64,000 bases of DNA from assembly GCA_047495785.1 (NCBI GenBank), contig JBLDXI010000025.1, forward strand, positions 1,364,001-1,428,000, read 5' to 3'. Both the position numbers and the translations under genes were made by a program. The notes under the pieces are model-generated. The model had not been told where the DNA came from, did no database searches, and saw only the letters and a list, made by a program, of their open reading frames with translations. This document shows, piece by piece, positions 60,001 through 64,000 of this stretch. Source of the DNA: Lepidodermella squamata. Its lineage: Eukaryota > Animalia > Gastrotricha. Every line of letters starts with the position of its first letter. Position 1 is the stretch's first letter.

Positions 60001-62807
60001 TTTTATCTATTCGAGTCTCTTGTTGAATGTCTTGTCGACTCGAGCTCTTTCGATGAATCAATTGCTCACATTCGGACATATTTAGGAGGATATGAATGCT
60101 ATTGCTTGAATTTAAATAATCATACTATCTCAAATTCAATGAATTAACGATATTAAACCGCATAGCCAATATAATCTCACAATTCACTTCTGAATTCTCA
60201 AAACTTGCATTGAAAATTAGACATTTCGAACTAAAACTAGAATATTTTCGAAGTATAATTTTCTTGTCAGAATAATTTTCTTTTCTCAGAAAATTATTTT
60301 ATTCTTTAGAAATTATTTTTTTTAGCAGAAAGACATTTTTCCGCCAGAAAACATATTTTTCCTGCCAGAAAAGAAAAATATTAGCGAAGTTGTCATTCAT
60401 TTCATGGCAACTACTCGAATATTCGAACACGATAATTATACCCGGTGCAACAGATGCTAGTCATTGTGTCCTATTTTTGCGGGGAGGTCATTCAAGAAAA
60501 GGCTAGTACATTCAACCTTTCGACTTACGAACCCGAACAATAAATTCCTTTCGCTCACATTTTCATATAATAAATGTCAGAGCTTAGTTTGTCGCTGGAG
60601 AAAATTTCAATCTACCTAAAATATTGAATCCCATATATTGGATAAAGGCGAGCAGATTCAAAGTTGTATGTATTGTTAGGAATTTTTTATGAGGCGAAGT
60701 CCTGGGATGAAGCGAGGGGCATTCTTGGGCAAAGTATACGATGTTCACCCCGGACAGCGCTAGGGATTTTTCATTCTCAGCTAGCGCGGGGACTTCTTAC
60801 ATATACATTTTTCGGTTACACAATTTGTGTCTTGGGAATCGTTCGAATTAGACAATAGTGTCTAATCACTGACTGATGTGCGGAGAAGTGTATCACGTTA
60901 ATTGGCCATCGCTAACGCCAAGCAATCTTTACCGTTCGGAAACAGAATAGTTACCGGTGTTACCGGTACGGCAGCATTCTGAGAAACAATTTCAAACGGA
61001 AAAATACGTTTCAACGTTTCTACAATTTGGGAAACTTTTCGTAGTTTTACCGTAGTGCTACGGAAAAACGGCATTAGCAATCGTAATTAAAAATAAATTA
61101 AATTTTTCTGAAGAAAAAAATATGGTCCATATTTTCGGGAAAAGCTTGGAATTGGCACCATTATTTCCAATATTGCGATTTTAAAAATTATGGCTTAGTA
61201 GGAGAAAATCTCCGCAATTTAATTCAAATTTACATTAAGTTGCTGCTCAGTAATATGAGATTACTTGGGTTCTTCCAAGTCTCAATACAATTTCTAATTT
61301 CGACCACAAATTTTCCCAAGCATAGAAACTGTAATGAAAATGAATAAATTAGAAAATGAAATTGATTAGCAGCAAATTATGCATGATAAATTGGCCAAGA
61401 AAATGCTCTTTCCAACACCTCTCAATACTAATACTTTAATGTTCTGATGGTAATAATAACAATAATGATAGCTAAACAAACCAATAGTAATCAGCGCTAG
61501 CTGGAAACGATTCTGACAGCAGCGTTACATTGCCATACGCTTGAATGTCTGCGAACAAAAGAGAAAAAAAACCACCGATTTTAATTGACAGGTTAACTAC
61601 TACAACTACTTACCCTGCATATCAGGCAGCAGCGTTGAAGGCAGGCGGAATACAACCGTCAAAACGGCGGCAATCAACGCTTGTAACAACAGCACGCCCA
61701 GCGTCAAATACACAGCAACATTTCCCCAGCGTTGAAACGCGAAAATGGCGAAGGGCGCCGCTAAACTCAGCTGCATATCAACGGCCAAGTACCACGTCCA
61801 GCCGACGCACATGCGCGTTGAATGCACCAAATTGTTGACGTACAACACGTTTGTCCACCAATTCTCAGCGCAGTACTCGTCCAAGCCCTGGTAGTACCAC
61901 GGGCCGTTGCCCAGATACGGCCACAGGCACAGGCTTATCAGAATTACGACGAAAAGCGGCGGGGTTAATCGGATAAATCGGTTGAAGTAAATGATGGGTA
62001 GTGACTTTAAAAAACTCTGTTTTGGGTCTGCGTAGAATTTCAACGTGTTAGCTAGCGTCCAGTACGATAGGAAACCGGATAGGAAGAAGAACGTATCGAC
62101 GCCTAAAACACTTCCGAGGACGATTTGATGGCCGAGCGATTTCCTCATATCGAAAACGGTCTGCAAATTATCGAACCCGATTTGGAGGAAAAAGTAGCAG
62201 TGGGCTAGAACGACCCAGCCGAGGCTCAGGACTCGCAGCCCGTTCAGACATTTCAAACTATCCGATGATTCAGTTTTAACCGGGCTATTAACCGTGAAAA
62301 GTTTGCGTAAATTCGTGTAAAGCGAAAAGCAGACGATGAAACGGAACAACGCGGCGAATCGGTGTATAGACGATGAGGGTACTGAGCTGAGGGACCGTGA
62401 TACTTTATCGTCGCCGGTGCTATCTTGCGGTGTTATCATCGATTCGCGTAATGTAACAACTTGTGTCAACATGATAACGTTTGTTGCGTGTTGTTGTTGC
62501 GGCGTCGACGGCGGCGGTGTTACAATTTCTCCGGCCGTTTGAGATATAGCCGAATTCAGCGCGCGGCTTTCTCGAATTTGAATTGTTACGTCGAAAATTG
62601 TGGCGAAAATCACCAGAAAGCCCCAAATTGCCAAGAAAATTCTGAAAAAATCGGCTTATTATTGCCGTTTCGGATATCGATAGAAATCATACATTGCGGA
62701 TTTTGCTTTCCAGTCAAGGGGTATTTCATTTTCTTGGCACTGGGTCGCATGAGGCGCGAGGTGGATATCCTTCAAAATCGGGTACTGAATTCGGGCTTGC
62801 GGCAGCG
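57031..62807 (-). CDS. nrf-6: NRF-6/O-acyltransferase-like protein, copy 2 (5' exons lie outside the window). Exons 62807-62693, 62641-61614, ~59036-58649, 57285-57031
   Basis: GLRVLSLGWVVLAH, VDTFFFLSG, NRFIRLTP, WYLAVDMQL, YIKP, LAYSAYLVHP. One junction is phase-discordant at its best splice sites. Confidence 0.85.
59170..59720 (+). mobile_element. Decayed MULE transposase fragment
   Basis: RFMCYFPLVYNLK and EFKDYFQAT*..WFEG..STNNG..ANSVLK motifs, with stops and frameshifts. Confidence 0.6.
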
Positions 62808-63199
62808 CTGAAAAATAAATCAATTGCTCTTCAAGTCTTTTGGTTTGCCTTGCTCGAAACCCGAAAGGGTATAGACGCTCAGTCGCGGGGAAGTGAAACA
62901 AATAAAATCATTTTCAATCATTTTCATTTCAAGTCGATGTAAATTATTCATCATCATAAAATTCAAGAATAGCTCGATATCGAATTGTCAGACGTGAAAT
63001 TGTTTCTATTTCATGATGAGCTTTTCCAATTTTATCGCAACTTTCAGAAATATTTATTAATGATAATTTTAAAACGTTGATTTAAAGGATCGATTCCTTC
63101 AGGATTGATTTCATTAGAAACGTTGGAGATCCGTGTTTCTATTCAAAAAATTTCATCAAAGCCGAAAAAATTCAAAAAGTATAAAAAGCAAGTAGGCGA

Positions 63200-64000
63200 T
63201 AGTCTTGCCTCTGGTGTCCTAATGGGAGCAGCGGCTGCTAATAATCTGGGCAAAATCGGCAACAGCTAGGTACATACAACCCGGCTCAACTCAATCGCCC
63301 TCCACCTTGTCTAGGGTAGCAGACAACTCCTTCATGTCGGAATTGGCGCCAGGAGTACCATTGGCAATATCAACCCCGGTAAATTGGTTTACTCGAAAAC
63401 GATGAAAACACTCAGCTCGTGCGCTGCGCCTCAACTTTTCTTTGTGATGATTTTCTTGATCAGGCAAGTCTCGAGCAATTTCCACCGCCACATGGCTTCG
63501 AACTAACATTGCCCTTTGCCTGATAACCAAGTATCGAACCATCTGGAAATACCAGTCGTTAGCCCGACGAAAAAACGATCTCATCTTTGGAAGCAAAATG
63601 AAGGAAGATTTTCTAAAAGTGCAGAATATTTTGTCTCCGACCTAAATAATTTGGTGACCCCAAATAGAGTTTTTTATTCGAAAGGCCCAAATACCCAAAT
63701 ACCAAATATTTTGTATTTGTTATTTGCCCACCTCTGACCATCATCAACCATTTCTTCGTTTTAGCAAGGCTCGCTACAACCGACTTTAGCGAAGACTTCG
63801 CCGCACCGCAAAATGAGCGACCGACAACCGCGCTCGAGAAAACACTTCGACCAGAGCTGGAAGCGTTTTTTCCGCAAGATCATTGTTACGATGAAAGCAC
63901 TCAGGGGAACTTCGATCATTATTTTATGATGCTATTTCCAAACTTCGCAAACTTCGCTTCCATGTCGAGACAACGTGTTAACCGAACCGTTGTTAAACAA
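63200..64000 (-). mobile_element. Possible decayed hAT-like transposase in an nrf-6 intron
   Basis: CFHRNNDLA..RARLSVAHF and RANDWYFQMVRYL resemble the hAT CxxH and TRWNS regions, but are heavily degenerate. Confidence 0.35.

Overview
AT-rich eukaryotic genomic window, almost certainly from an invertebrate animal, with GT-AG introns mostly of about 50-60 bp. I see no prokaryotic features, CRISPR arrays, rRNA or tRNA genes. Exon structures were reconstructed by eye from splice sites and reading-frame phase. Genes in order: a low-complexity TLPR-motif protein; a PP1 glycogen-targeting subunit (PPP1R3-like); an intronless SLC20/PiT phosphate transporter; an ARM+FN3 protein; two copies of a small secreted somatomedin-B protein (one broken by nested MITEs); an unknown 5-exon Cys/His-motif gene; an unknown multi-exon low-complexity gene; and a secreted protein with an RYamide-like site. 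These are followed by about 27 kb of co-oriented minus-strand metabolic genes: CBS, cystinosin, an HLS1-like GNAT, a GT92 glycosyltransferase, a PLP aminotransferase and two NRF-6/acyltransferase-3 genes. Main points of interest: (1) cystinosin ends only 35 bp before the CBS ATG, with a splice acceptor and no poly(A) signal in the gap, suggesting a cysteine-metabolism operon or a CTNS-CBS fusion; (2) a Penelope-like insertion just past the SLC20 stop forms a perfect 216-bp hairpin with a minimal hammerhead ribozyme on both strands; (3) a plant/bacterial-type HOOKLESS1-like acetyltransferase is a horizontal transfer candidate; (4) many transposon relics are present (piggyBac, pogo, MULE, Crypton, hAT, LINE). 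Family assignments come from motif recognition only; no database searches were run.
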